Assembly: GCF_009834535.1 (NCBI RefSeq)
Contig: NC_045707.1
Location: 59,398,001 to 59,462,000, forward strand
DNA: 64,000 nt
DNA from: Camelus ferus
Taxonomy: Eukaryota
Reading direction: 5' to 3'
Each line of letters opens with the position of its first letter. Within the stretch, counting starts at the first letter, position 1. The notes beneath the pieces were generated by a model. That model ran no database searches and was not told the DNA's origin. It saw nothing but the letters and a program-made list of their open reading frames with translations. Positions 54,401-64,000 of this stretch are shown piece after piece. Made by a program: the position numbers and the translations under genes.

Positions 54401-57400
54401 GGGCATTATGCTAAGTGAAATAAGCCAGAGAAAGACAAATACAGTGTGATATCATTTATATGTGAAATCTAAAACAAACTAGTGAATAAAACAAAAAAGA
54501 AGCAGACTAACAGATACAGAACACAAATTATTGGTTACCAGTGGGGAGGGGAGAGGAGAAGGGGAGGGGCAATATAGGGGTAGGTGATTAAAAAAGTGCC
54601 TATTATGGGATTATAAAAAAAGTGTGAAATTTTTGAAAATTGTAAAGTACTATAGAATTTAAGCTCTCTCATTCAATTAAAAATACAAATAAAAATTTTA
54701 AATGAATATCTGTATCTTAAAATGATCACTAAATAAAAAATAATAACACAATAATATATAGAACCAAACATTGTAATTCATTTTTATAAATCATGGCTAT
54801 TACACTTCTGTACAACAATGGGCATTGTAGTGATCCCATTTCATCAAAAAGTATAAAGTTTACTTGAGGTCTAAGTAAAAAAATAAATAAAAGACTTATC
54901 TCTACTTCCGAACAGGAAATGTATAAGATTTTTTTAAAAATTTGACTTATATTGAAGAAATTCTATACAAAATTTTTTCAATTTTATGATTAATTTAATT
55001 TCTATACTGTGTACTAAAATATATGCATATATTACATACATCAACAGATATTAACTCCAGGACAATGAAGTAAAACATACTCTGAATGAAATTTAGATGC
55101 AGTATTTCTCAGAACTGAGGAAAAAACAAGTGTTTCCTCAAGTAAATCCTTTGATGACTGATTATGGTGCATTGAATCTAAGGTGACATTTTAAAATAAA
55201 TGCTGAAGAGTATGAGTTCAAGATGGTTTGTACCTTCATGCATAATTCAAATTTCTAAATGTGTAAAGGAGATTTTATCCTTTAAGTACAAACGGACATA
55301 CATATACAAGACTCCATCCCTAGTAATTATAATGATATTGTTAAATAAGTGAAATAATCACCAATTAAAAGAGGGAACAGAGAGGACCCTTGGACCCCTT
55401 TACCCAGTTTGCCGCAATTTATGTCTCACATAATTATAGTATAATATGAAATCGGGAATTCAATATCGGTACCTATATGTAGATTCAGACATGGAAATAA
55501 CCACCTTTCATCACCACAAAGCTCTCCCTATTGCTACCCTTTTACAGCTACACCCACCTCTCAGGGAGAGAGGTGTCCACCAGCCCTAACCTCTGGCAAC
55601 CGCTAACTTCTCTAAAGTCATCATTCTAGAATGTTGTATGAATGAAATTATTGTAGTATGTAACCTTTTGAAACTGGCCTTTTTTCAGTCTGCTTAAAGC
55701 ACTTAAAATCCATCCAAGTTTTGTGTACTAATAGTTTTTTATTTTTACTGCTGAGTAGTACTCGTCCATGGTATGGAAACAGATTAAACATTACTGTGTA
55801 AACACCCAAATTCCATTATGTATAACAGCCATTTGTTAATCCAATAGCTGAATATATATAACCGTCCAAGAGACGTTTCCAAAAATAAAAACAAAGCTCT
55901 GAGTAATTGTTCCAAGACATTTGTATCTTTACAATCCAGTGCACAGGGTCTGTCACTGAGCCTCCCTCATTTCAGGTAAACACAATCCAGTGTGTCTGGC
56001 TCTTACACTGTAATACATCCTCTGGGGACAAAGTCAGGAACTTAGGAGTGTTTTATGTTGCTATACATCTAGCCTATAGTATAAAATTTACAGTTGCCTC
56101 AAAGTATTTAGGTGTTATTCTAAGATGCAAAATATAGGTTAAATAATACTGTTCTCTTCCAGTATTGCCTCAACAATGCTCTAAAATGTGCTATTATTTT
56201 GAGAATCCACTTATAACCTCTATTAAAAAAAAATATACCCAAGCCAAAGTGAATTTGACTCTCCTGAAGTTGAAGAGGTAAAAAATTCAGAGACAGCACT
56301 AAGATGAACCCATTGTGAGTGAAATAATTTACTTATATACTGCGGGAATTAGAGTACACAATACTTTTTATTCTTAAAATCTCTTGCCCGGGGGCCCCAC
56401 CTGCTCAGTCTGGCTACACCAAGCATTGTGGAGGAGACAGAAAAACATCATGGAGAGTGGAGAGCGGTGAGGCAGGGAACCGGCCCAAAGCTACCCGGCA
56501 AAGGGAGCTGATTGACGTCGAGTGAGGATGGCAGGACATCTGGCAAAGTGGCGGGAGCTCCCTCACCCGTCACTCTGCTCCTACCACGACTGTTCCTCAG
56601 GACCAGACAAAATGCCACCTGCGCCCCTTTATTTCTGCATCGACTCCCAGCACTCCCTGGCTCACTGAGAGATCTTCAATAAGTGTTAATATAATTGATG
56701 TTCTCCATCATCATTTTGGCCATCGTCAGCTGCTTGAATTGCTAGGAGAAGGCTGCCAAGGTTTTGGAGAAAACTATAGCTCATTTATCATATAACTAAG
56801 ATACCCCAATTCAGACTAATTCAATTTTTTAGAATTAATTGGATGCTTAACTAATTGCCCAATAAATTGTGCTGAAGGAGGCAGGGCACATGAATTTTTC
56901 ACCTTCCAAAGTTAATCACTACCAACCCCTCATTGTCTCGTGGCTTAAGATTGTCTTATAAATAGAGAGTGAAACAAGTCAGAAATAAGAAAAGAAATAA
57001 CTCTTGAAGCTGTTATTAACATTTCCGACTCTACAAGAGATAAAAAGCCATATTAACCACATTGCGATGGCGCATCAACTTGGGTTTACACTTTATTACC
57101 CAGGGAGCAAGAAGGTTTACCCTTAAGAATCAAGTCCTGTGATTGAGTGACTTAAGTTTGTATCATTTTGGACAGTTAAAGTTTGTAAGTGTTTTACTAG
57201 AATTATCCCACAAACTACATAAACGTCTGTTTAAATAGATTAAAAAAAAATTAAAAGTGACTTACATTTGCTGAAAGTTGAGATGTGAGGGTAGCAACTT
57301 TTTCTTGTGATGCAACAAGCTCTCTCCGTAGTTTATGGATTTGCTGAGTGTAATTAAAAAAAAAAAACATTCAATATGCTAGGAGATTTTTACTTAAAAC

Positions 57401-59714
57401 CAACAATTCAATCCAAGAAAGCAAATACTATAGTTAGCTCATTCTACTCCCGTGGTATCAGCACTGACTCCTAAAAATTGAATGTGAATAATGGCCGCCC
57501 AGTAACAATTACGTGTCACTTGGAAGAAGAGGGGTAAGTGTCTATGTTCAAAACTGAGACTCAGATCTGCAAGTTAAAGGATGCTCACTTGTTCAATCTG
57601 CCATCCCTGCCTGACTCAAGAACCGGTTAACTTTCTCTCTGCCCCTTGCATCTCTAGAAATTTGTGGTAATAAAACTCAGGTGGTATGATCTTTTCTTTT
57701 TTAAAATTAAATATACATATACATATTTTTTCTGGGTATTTGTAGCATAAAGTACCCCATGTTATTTTTCTCTCAGTTTTTGTGTATTTATTTTTATTCT
57801 CTTTAATTTGGCAACTTCTCAGAAGCTGAAGAGTATCCTGCAGTCACTGAAAACTGGCTTTAATCCAAAATTTAATGATTCTATAAAAAATAATTTTATT
57901 GGCTGGAGAAGAGGAAGCCTTCCCAAATCTTTATTAAACTGTCCTTTTTCAGTGAGTTACTATGAGCTCCAGACAGAAATGCTTCATAAAGATTTAAAAA
58001 AAAAAAGGGAGGGGATCAATAATACTGTGCAAATAACTACACACCCCAGCAAGATAAGTATACTATTAATATACCATTTTTTTTCCTTTTTGGTTAAGTT
58101 CACACTCGAAGTGACCCAGAAAAAGGTGAGAATATATCGTATTGTGTATTTAAAATTTTAATTTAAGCACTTTATTATAATTTAATATACATGTCTTATG
58201 TTCCCATGAAATATTAAGTGATTAATAAGACAAGTTACTGAGATGCAGACATTTTACTTTGATGATTCTCATTTCGTAAAAAACAAGTCTGCTATTGTTG
58301 CAGTTTGACTTTTGAAATACTGTCTTAGTTGGAAAGAGCATTCTTGACATAATCCATTAACTGTATTTTTTTTTTTCCACATTAGATTTTTGTGGAGAAG
58401 AAATGGTGGCCAATATTGAGAGACTCTAAGAAAGAAGTGAACTTTAAGCTGGAAGTAGCAACACGGTGTATGTTTATAATTTCAACAAGTGTGCTTTCAT
58501 TTCACCCAGCCCCAAAGAGTATCTGGGTTATATTCAAATGCAGATGACCATGAATATTTCCAGAGAGCAGGATATCTATTTTATTCTTAAACCAATGCAA
58601 ATTCAAAGAGCCTTTCTCAGATTAATAGTCTCTATTCCATGATCCCATTTCTATTAAAATATAATCCAGAAAATCTTCAAGTAACGTAAATTGTTTTTTA
58701 AAAAACCGAGACCCATTATGGGGCACAAATAATGATAGGGGGTTGTGTAACTATTAATACGGCAAATAGATGTAGCATTGCTATACTGCAGTGGCTACAT
58801 GTATTATACCCAACGTTAGATGTTTTTCCATGTCCATGGATGGAAACAGCTTAGGTCTTTCAAAATCATATTCACTCTTTAGTCTAGCAATTATACAGAT
58901 AAAATTGATATGATCTATACCTTTTCAATATATTTTTAAACACAATACACATTTTACTTTAAAAGGTTGATAGAATAAAACTTCAAAGGGAAGAATTCCT
59001 TTGCAGAGGCTGTTGCCAATGCATGCATTTTCTTTGCTCAGTGTAAAACCAATCAAATAGTCATTAGCACACCTTGACTAAAGGCCTAATTATAGCCCTC
59101 CTGCTCTCCTTGGCCAGGACAAATTTATACAAAGGGAAAGGAAGAGAATGATCTCTCCAGGTTGCAATCTAATTTGTATGTGATTGCGATGAAGTGTGTC
59201 TTTGCGAAATGTGTATCATTAGAACAACACACCACTCCAGACATCAAGGGGTTAGAAGCAGCAAAGTCCTGGCACCACATAATAGATGGGCTGAGATGCT
59301 GGGAGTTTGTGTTGTGAAGGTCTAGTGCCTAAAATTCAACAGTTTTGTTAATCCTATGCACTTAGTCTCTTGGGTTTGGGGGGTGGAGGGGTAGAGACTA
59401 TAACAAAATATACCACAGTCATTCATTCATCAGAAATTTGGAAGTGTTCACTACTAAAGACAATTTATTAGCTGTGGAGGTACCATTCCAGTCTAGAACG
59501 CGAGAAGAGAGTTTGCTTCTAAAAACCTTCCTTCCATATTCTTTTAGGAGGGAGTACCCAAGACCATTTATCAACTAGCTGCTGGAGAGTGACGCTGTTG
59601 TATCATAGAGCCCTCTAGTGGCAGAAGACACTCATTTCATCATAAATGTAAATAAAATAGTCAAATGTAAAAATGTTACAAGGTTTTTACCTCTGAATGA
59701 GCCTTTTCTTCAGC
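1735..59714 (-). CDS. NAV3: Neuron navigator 3, 3' portion (20 coding exons, 824 aa; 5' exons lie beyond the right edge)
   Basis: The spliced translation runs from [24 protein letters not shown] through GPSGTGKT and VIILDNLH to [12 protein letters not shown], matching the NAV3 C-terminus as I recall it. All introns are GT-AG, phases are compatible and the exon total (2475 nt) is divisible by 3. Confidence 0.97.
3698..3778 (+). mobile_element. 3' tail only of the same SINE family (no tRNA head)
   Basis: (AAAT)n-AACCTAATTACC-C-rich-AAAAAA matches the tails of the two complete copies. Confidence 0.6.
5400..5603 (-). CDS. NAV3: NAV3 penultimate exon, 204 nt ([11 protein letters not shown]...TEGDPL)
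   Basis: tag|ATGTAT...CCCCTG|gtaaga. Confidence 0.95.
6540..7820 (+). pseudogene. Processed pseudogene of cTAGE5/MIA2 (CTAGE family), decayed and internally deleted, antisense to NAV3
   Basis: Collinear, intronless peptide remnants: [13 protein letters not shown] (~6692), [14 protein letters not shown] (~7066), [11 protein letters not shown] (~7201), [17 protein letters not shown] (~7308), [12 protein letters not shown] (~7479) and HPEPQQRT* (~7633). These correspond to cTAGE5 [69 protein letters not shown] and HPEPQQET*. A UTR-like tail and an A-rich end follow. There are multiple stops and frameshifts, and the 5' boundary is approximate. Confidence 0.88.
9184..9302 (-). CDS. NAV3: NAV3 exon, 119 nt ([11 protein letters not shown]...VREGLQ)
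   Basis: cag|GTCCTC...CTTCAG|gtattg; phase 1/0. Confidence 0.95.
10224..10420 (-). CDS. NAV3: NAV3 exon, 197 nt ([10 protein letters not shown]...SSSDVTI)
   Basis: tag|GTGGGT...CCATTG|gtgagt; phase 2/1. Confidence 0.95.
10990..11061 (-). CDS. NAV3: NAV3 exon, 72 nt ([25 protein letters not shown])
   Basis: cag|TCCGTA...TTTCAG|gtaaag; phase 2/2. Confidence 0.94.
12128..12282 (-). CDS. NAV3: NAV3 exon, 155 nt (ELQQYLANL...VIILDNLHH...CKYNK), Walker B region
   Basis: aag|GAATTG...CAAATG|gtatgc; phase 0/2. Confidence 0.95.
14913..15067. repeat. Purine-rich simple repeat: (AAGAAGATGATAAGG)x3 then (GAG)n
   Basis: Directly visible. Confidence 0.9.
18423..18658 (-). CDS. NAV3: NAV3 exon, 236 nt, AAA+ Walker A (GPSGTGKT)
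   Basis: cag|GGGTAG...AGCAAG|gtaagt; P-loop encoded at ~18525-18548. Confidence 0.96.
19812..19980 (-). CDS. NAV3: NAV3 exon, 169 nt ([10 protein letters not shown]...IITVNLK)
   Basis: tag|GAATAT...TGAAAG|gtaaaa; phase 0/1. Confidence 0.95.
20257..20352 (-). CDS. NAV3: NAV3 exon, 96 nt ([32 protein letters not shown])
   Basis: tag|GACCAG...TTTAAG|gtaagc. Confidence 0.95.
21280..21410 (+). mobile_element. MIR fragment
   Basis: GTGACATTAGGTTAAGTCACTTAGCC..CTCAGAGCCTCAATTTCTTCATCTGTAA core. Confidence 0.65.
21532..21906 (+). mobile_element. MaLR solo LTR (MLT1A/B-like)
   Basis: Starts with TG and contains the typical motifs GGCCATCTGCA...AGCCCTCACCAGAA...ACCTTGATCTTGGACTTC...CTGTGAGAAAATAAATTTCTG. 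5-bp TSD ACTAC at 21527-21531 and 21907-21911. Confidence 0.85.
22827..22985 (+). mobile_element. tRNA-derived SINE (camelid vic-1-like)
   Basis: A box TAGCTCAGTGG, B box GGTTCAATTCC, (CAAT)n tail, CTAATTACCCC and poly(A). Degenerate flanking duplication acactgctgatgccat / acgctgctgatagcat. Confidence 0.88.
23100..23197 (-). CDS. NAV3: NAV3 exon, 98 nt ([33 protein letters not shown])
   Basis: tag|ATATTC...GCAAAG|gtattt; phase 1/0. Confidence 0.95.
24570..25020 (-). mobile_element. L2 LINE 3' fragment
   Basis: GAACTGTGCTGGGCATTGGGAATA...GGAAGGCTTCCTTGAGGAGGTGGTGTTTG is typical of a reverse L2 3' end. Confidence 0.6.
25220..25470 (+). mobile_element. MIR SINE
   Basis: CTGCCTGGGTTCAAAT...CTCTGCCACTTA...GTTTCCCCATCTGTAAAATGGGG core. 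Confidence 0.8.
27184..27198 (-). promoter_or_regulatory. Candidate CTCF binding site
   Basis: Minus strand GCCGCTAGATGGCGC fits the CTCF core consensus, with a TGCA upstream-motif-like element ~8 nt 5'. CpGs are retained in a CpG-poor context. Confidence 0.6.
27931..28105 (-). CDS. NAV3: NAV3 exon, 175 nt ([10 protein letters not shown]...NITESVTS)
   Basis: cag|AACGAG...CCTCAG|gtgaat; phase 0/1. Confidence 0.95.
29189..29219. repeat. Poly(A) run of ~31 nt
   Basis: Directly visible. Confidence 0.9.
29310..29463 (-). CDS. NAV3: NAV3 exon, 154 nt ([10 protein letters not shown]...EAMNRMQ), coiled coil
   Basis: cag|GATCTG...ATGCAG|gtcagt; phase 2/0. Confidence 0.95.
30431..30605 (+). mobile_element. 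tRNA-derived SINE (camelid vic-1-like)
   Basis: Same head as the copy at 22827 (GGAGGGTATAGCTCAGTGGTAGAG), with a (TACA)n tail and AACCTAATTACC. Perfect 13-bp TSD TAAATAGTACCCA at 30418-30430 and 30606-30618. Confidence 0.92.
30918..30983 (-). CDS. NAV3: NAV3 66-nt cassette exon ([22 protein letters not shown])
   Basis: aatgcag|GTCACCCC...GATCCCG|gtaaaa; phase 2/2, so skipping preserves the frame. Confidence 0.9.
31270..31442 (-). CDS. NAV3: NAV3 exon, 173 nt ([13 protein letters not shown]...MKPSQSAS)
   Basis: cag|CTGAGA...TCCGC|gtaagt; phase 0/2. Confidence 0.95.
32131..32151 (-). CDS. NAV3: NAV3 21-nt microexon (VNSRGSE), probably alternative
   Basis: ctctttcatgtttctgcaag|GTGAACTCTAGAGGAAGTGAG|gtgaat; phase 0/0. 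The peptide matches the insert I recall in the long NAV3 isoform. Confidence 0.88.
32660..33038. repeat. Imperfect (CAC/CAT/TAT)n trinucleotide array with a ~21-bp higher-order unit
   Basis: About 380 bp of repeated catcactatcaccaccaccac-type units. Confidence 0.95.
33090..33295 (-). mobile_element. MIR fragment
   Basis: ATCCAACTTTTACAGATGAGAAAATTTAGGCTC...GGGGTTCAAACCCAAG is the reverse MIR core. Confidence 0.7.
33451..33572 (-). CDS. NAV3: NAV3 exon, 122 nt ([10 protein letters not shown]...[10 protein letters not shown])
   Basis: tag|ATCTCC...AACTGG|gtaagc; phase 1/0. Confidence 0.95.
35870..36560 (+). mobile_element. L2 LINE 3' fragment
   Basis: Pyrimidine-rich decayed L2 motifs (CCTTAAGACCTTTCAATAGATTCCCATT, CCTGGAATGCTCTT), ending TCAATAAGTCCTTATTGAAT. 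Confidence 0.55.
37550..38530 (-). mobile_element. L2 LINE fragment
   Basis: Purine-rich decayed motifs (GATGGTGATGCCATTTACT-like, GATGATGAGTTCAAATTTGGAGATGTTGAGTTT). Confidence 0.55.
39217..39328 (-). CDS. NAV3: NAV3 exon, 112 nt ([37 protein letters not shown])
   Basis: cag|GAATCT...CCCAAAG|gtacat; phase 0/1. Confidence 0.95.
45383..45406. repeat. (TG)12 microsatellite
   Basis: Directly visible. Confidence 0.9.
46590..46790 (-). mobile_element. MIR fragment
   Basis: CCCACTTCTCAAATGACAAAGCTGAGG...GAGATTCAAACTCAAGGCTATCAGACTCC. Confidence 0.55.
48074..48157 (-). CDS. NAV3: NAV3 exon, 84 nt ([28 protein letters not shown])
   Basis: cag|GCTCAT...CAGAAG|gtatgt; lies within ORF 47900..48181(-). 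Confidence 0.95.
49740..50170 (-). mobile_element. Old L1ME-type fragment
   Basis: CAAGTCAAGAAATAGGACATTTCTAGACCCTGGAAG...GTTTTTAAGATTCACTCATG. Confidence 0.5.
52404..54699 (+). mobile_element. LINE-1, 5'-truncated (ORF2 RT region, C-terminus, 3'UTR, A-rich tail), inactive
   Basis: ORF2 remnants [47 protein letters not shown] and [15 protein letters not shown]-rich 3'UTR tract at ~54543; many frameshifts. Confidence 0.95.
55365..55790 (-). mobile_element. Old L1 (L1M-type) 3' fragment
   Basis: CCCCTTTACCCAGTTT...CTAACCTCTGGCAACCGCTAA...GTATGTAACCTTTTG...ATCCATCCAAGTT...TTTTTACTGCTGAGTAGTA. Confidence 0.6.
57266..57343 (-). CDS. NAV3: NAV3 exon, 78 nt ([26 protein letters not shown]), coiled coil
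   Basis: cag|CAAATC...GCAAAT|gtaagt. Confidence 0.95.
59607..59623 (-). promoter_or_regulatory. Candidate CTCF binding site
   Basis: Minus strand TGCCACTAGAGGGCTCT fits the CTCF core consensus. Confidence 0.55.
59691..59714 (-). CDS. NAV3: NAV3 24-nt microexon (AEEKAHSE)
   Basis: Minus strand reads tttttttattttacag|GCTGAAGAAAAGGCTCATTCAGAG|gtaaaa; phase 0/0. Confidence 0.93.
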
Positions 59715-62700
59715 CTGTAAAATAAAAAAAGGAAAAAGAATTGAACTATAAACAATTAAGTGTCAATTCGTTCCACAAGTTTAAATGAATAAAATTATAT
59801 TGTGTATTTAAAATGTTATTTTGGTCTAACAGTAAGAATATAGTAAAATACATGACATTATCAAATTAAAATAGTAAAAACAGAAACCTTTAGAGTGGTT
59901 AATGAATATTTCTTTATATACAAACCATGTATTTTAAAAATATAGGTTATTTGATTTATGGAGATATAATATGTCTTACAAGCAAAGTATAGAATTAAAA
60001 GTGACTCTCAGATCCAGAACATAAACAACAAAAACAAAATAATTATAAAAGTATACTCTAAAACAAGGTGAGTGCAGAAAACAATAAAAGAGTGGATTTT
60101 TTTTCATGTAGACCTAAGGAATGTACTCCATAAAATTATAGAGATGTTTAGCCAAGACGTAGGAGTCAGACTTTATTCTGTGATTTAAGATCACAAGGAA
60201 TGCCAAATAAAACTAGAGAAAAATATTGGACTGTACTGATAAGCACAGAAAATCCCCTTATTAGTTTCTATGTTTACTTTTCCTAATGATTATTAAATAA
60301 GTTTATTGGGCTGTGAGTCAGCAAAACACTAAAACACCCAGGTGGCAATAGTGGCTGACAGGATATGCAGATTATGGAAATGAGGACCGTGGTAGGACCT
60401 CAAGGGATGTTTTGGCTTCAGTTGCAGAAAACTCCTAGCTCTGGTTTTCTTCTTTGCATTGGGTTGCAAAATGCCAGAAAATGAGTTATGTGTGCCATTA
60501 CATTTGGGAAGCTCCCTCATTCTGGAAAAAGCTGAAGAATGCATAATATTGCTGAACATTAGAAGCCTGCTCATTGCCTTGAGCAGATCCAATGCTGAAA
60601 AACAATCTCCTATCTCTCCTTTTGGGACATTTCCTTATTAATTGATGCAGAAGTACATGAACCACTTCCTATCTCTTCTTATCCTCTAGGAAACATAACA
60701 TAAAACAAAGTAAAATAACTCTCAGGATATTTTTTTATGCATAAGCATCTCTTTTAAACTGAATTTGTCTTTCCTATATTTCTTCTATTCTTAAAAAAAT
60801 ATATATAGTTAGTAAAACAGTGGTTAAAGAATAGCATGGTCAACTAGCAGAATCCCAATAGCCTTTATGAGAAAACTATGTCTTAAAAATAAATGCTAAC
60901 ATAAAACTTTAATGTTTTACATCTCAACTTTCCTTTTGTAAGTGAAGATTTACTATTTTAAAATTATAATAATTTCAAGGTTTCATATAGAGTTTACTTT
61001 CTGAATCAGACATAGCAAAGGAATTTTAAGATACAGATTTCATACATCAAAAGAAAGCTGGAGGTCGTTTGCCTTGAGACATATGGCAAGATTAACTAAG
61101 AGTATTTGGTTTCCCGAAAATTTTGCGTATTTGCTGCCAGTTTATTCTGTCCAAATCCTGCTGGTAGGCTTGCTGGGATGATATAAAATTGATATTCAAT
61201 AAGTAATTTCTGTATTTTTAAAAAGCAATGTATGCTATTTAAAAAAAATAGTCAAGAAAGACATTCATCACATTTTTTCATTAAAAACCCTGAATAAGTT
61301 ACAGGCACTAGTCATATGCATAACTATTACATGTTAATTCTATATATACTATGTACTATGTAGAATGACGTTCTTTTTGCTGATTTTTTCAGAACTATCT
61401 TTTTCTTTAACCTTTGCCTTCTTTCATACCCTGAGGTTAGCAACACTGGGTAGATGTTACTATAAAGTTGAAGCAATGAGCCAGAATGTTAACAGTCTAC
61501 TTCTTTCAGTGGGTTAGGCATGGGATTGATGACAGTCATGATGGCATATGATTACTTGCCATTTTTAAATGTTGATTTTGAAGTTGGCTCAATATCTTCA
61601 AGGATGGTAAACAATATAAAACCCTTTGCCTAAATAAAAATATATTAGATATTCTTTATTCTGCAAGCTATTACTCAGCCATTCATTCACCCAAACTCAC
61701 TAATTAAAAAAATTTACTTTAGCGTTACCTATGTGTTAGGAAATATGCTAAAAGGATCCCCAGCGAACTAACCATGGTCCTTGTTCTTATTAAACCAATA
61801 CAAAATGGAGACCACGTATGAAACTGGTTCAATAAAAATTTTAATATACAGCAAATCAGAAAACATTTATTGCAAGGATCAAAAATTTATATGTTTCACA
61901 GGAGTAGACATATAAAAAATAGAAAGAGCCCTAAAAAAAAAATCACACAGCCTTCTTAGGCTTTATTTTATTTCCCCACTTTTCATAAAAATAACGAGGA
62001 GGATTTCTCTTCTACAAGAAATGCAACAGCACAATAATAACTAACAACAACAATAATAACTAACAACAAACTGGCTTCAGTGTCAGGGAGAGAAGAATTG
62101 GTGGATACTGGCCTGAGATGACACACCACCTAAAAGAGGTGATGCCAGGTGACTAGAAACCTGCAGGAATCTCACTTCCCTGTTGTTAGACATTCTGATT
62201 ACTTTAAAAAGGAACATGGAAATTTGAATTTTTAGGTAAAACTTCAGATTTCACAGTGTTGGCTTGGATTTAGGGTCTGTATCATTACATAAATGTTGGC
62301 CTACAAACTCTAAATTTGCCAAAGGTAACATCGCGGCATGTCAGATTGGGTCTGTGATTTCCAACCAGTTTGTAACTTTTCTCAATCTTTCTGCTCAAAA
62401 ATCCTATAAGGTGATTTACTTAGCTTTATAACAAGACACTTTAAAAAATTCTACCAAATTATAACTTGGTACAGATTTCAAAAGTTACAATTGGTAGAGA
62501 TTTCAAAAGTTGAAAGGGTCCTTTCAAGTGGCTTTGCTAGATTGGTAATGTTGCAGGTAAATGTTCTTTGCAACAAGTCATCTTTGTTAGTTCAATATTT
62601 TTAATCAAAACTTACGATCCCATAAGTTGCATAAATGATGGTGTTAAATACTGTTTATACCCATGGTTAGCACGAGCAATATTTTGCCTAATGATGGTAC

Positions 62701-63589
62701 ATAGGGTCTAAAAGTCCTCTATAAAAAGAATCTTATTTTTCCTAAACCCTTTAATTTTTTGATGAAGGAATACCATGCACAATTGTGTTAGGCGTACATC
62801 ACGTAATTCCAAAGGGGAAATTCACAAAGACTATGATATAAATGGTACTCCCTAGAACCACACAATTTACAATGTTCTGTAATTTACGGAACATAACGAC
62901 CCTGATCTTCTTTAATTATTGCAGAAATCCCTTGGGACAGATAGGATAGGTCTGAGCTGTTCACCAACTTTACGTCACAGGTATAGTTGAAAGAAATTCA
63001 CCAACTAGCCTGATGTCACACAATAATTACTGAGAGAGTCAGGCAAAGACGTAAATCAAGTGAATCTTTATCTGGAGTCCTTAAGGAGGAATGAAAAAAA
63101 TGATAAACTGATTTTTCACTTCATGGTTTAAAAAGCACTTTCACAGATACCTTTTCATTGCCATTTGAATCAGTGCACGATAACAGGGGACTGGAGAGAG
63201 AATCACTCCTCATCTTTGATTTTTCTCTTGATTATGCCTACAAATATGCATTTATTTGAATTGTCTCACCACAGGCTGTCAGTTCAAGCATGTAATTCAC
63301 ATCATTTCCAGTATCACTATTTAAATTTCCTAATTTCCTAATAATATCCCCTCTGCATGTATTTTGATCACCTAATTCATTCTTTTACACTTAACATTAG
63401 GGTCTGTGTCATTATATAAATGTTGGCCTATAACTATGTGTATACAGTCTCTTTATTTTAATCTCTGTTCACATCTCATATTGTACTCAACACAATACTT
63501 ACCACTGAGGCTTTCTAATTGTCCTTATCATTTTGACATCTGCTCCTATAAACCAGTAATTTTTAAAATTTACTTTGTTTCCTATAACC

Positions 63590-63770
63590 CTGCAATATCC
63601 AATATAGTAGCCACTAGGCACATGTGTCTACTTAAATTTAAATTAATTAAAATTAGTTCCTCTTTCATACCATTCACACTACAAATACTCAACCACATGT
63701 GGCTGGTGGTTACTGTATTCGATAGTACAGGTATATTTTTATTATCACAGAAAGGTCTATTGGACTCTGG
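63590..63770. mobile_element. MER3/MER33-like non-autonomous hAT-Charlie DNA transposon
   Basis: TCCAATATAGTAGCCACTAG.CACATGTG ... CACATGTGGCTGGTGGTTACTGTATTCGA internal inverted repeat; ends CAGAAAGGTCTATTGGAC. Confidence 0.75.
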
Positions 63771-64000
63771 TATATACTAATTAGCCACCTGCTTTTCCTC
63801 AACCCATGCTCTTTTTCTTCTTGAGTTTTTCTCAGGCTTCATGAAGGTAGTTTTTTATCCGAATGTTGTTTCTGTATATATTTAAAATATGATTATAACA
63901 GTGCTGCATCTTTTGATGTTATATAGAGACTTCAATGACAGGGGTTTAAGCCAGACTACATCTCCCCACAAGCAGTGGCCCTGGACCAACAGGAGGAATA

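Noticed and set aside
62466..62512. Two copies of tggta.agatttcaaaagtt (also a 13-bp doublet at ~39036-39060)
   Set aside because: Simple slippage duplications with only two units; not a CRISPR-like or regulatory array.
59715..64000. Further upstream NAV3 exon (expected ...SLSLVSSTSSLYST)
   Set aside because: Not found by eye; it probably lies outside the window.

Overview
AT-rich mammalian genomic DNA. It is probably camelid, judging by two tRNA-derived SINEs that resemble the vic-1 family. The whole window lies inside the 3' part of NAV3 (neuron navigator 3) on the minus strand. I mapped 20 coding exons with GT-AG boundaries and consistent phases (2475 nt, 824 codons plus TAG at 1735-1737), followed by 3'UTR running off the left edge. 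They encode the C-terminal coiled coils and the AAA+ ATPase domain. Three short frame-preserving exons are missed by the ORF track: 24 nt, 21 nt and 66 nt. The latter two are flanked by RBFOX- or SRRM4-type motifs. The introns hold a decayed, internally deleted antisense cTAGE5/MIA2 processed pseudogene and a 5'-truncated L1 flanked by an unusually long (~70 bp) duplication. They also contain a ~110-bp local duplication with a CTCF motif in only one copy, an MLT1 solo LTR, MIR/L2/MER3 relics and simple repeats. I found no convincing wholly new biological system. All family names come from remembered sequence, not a database search.
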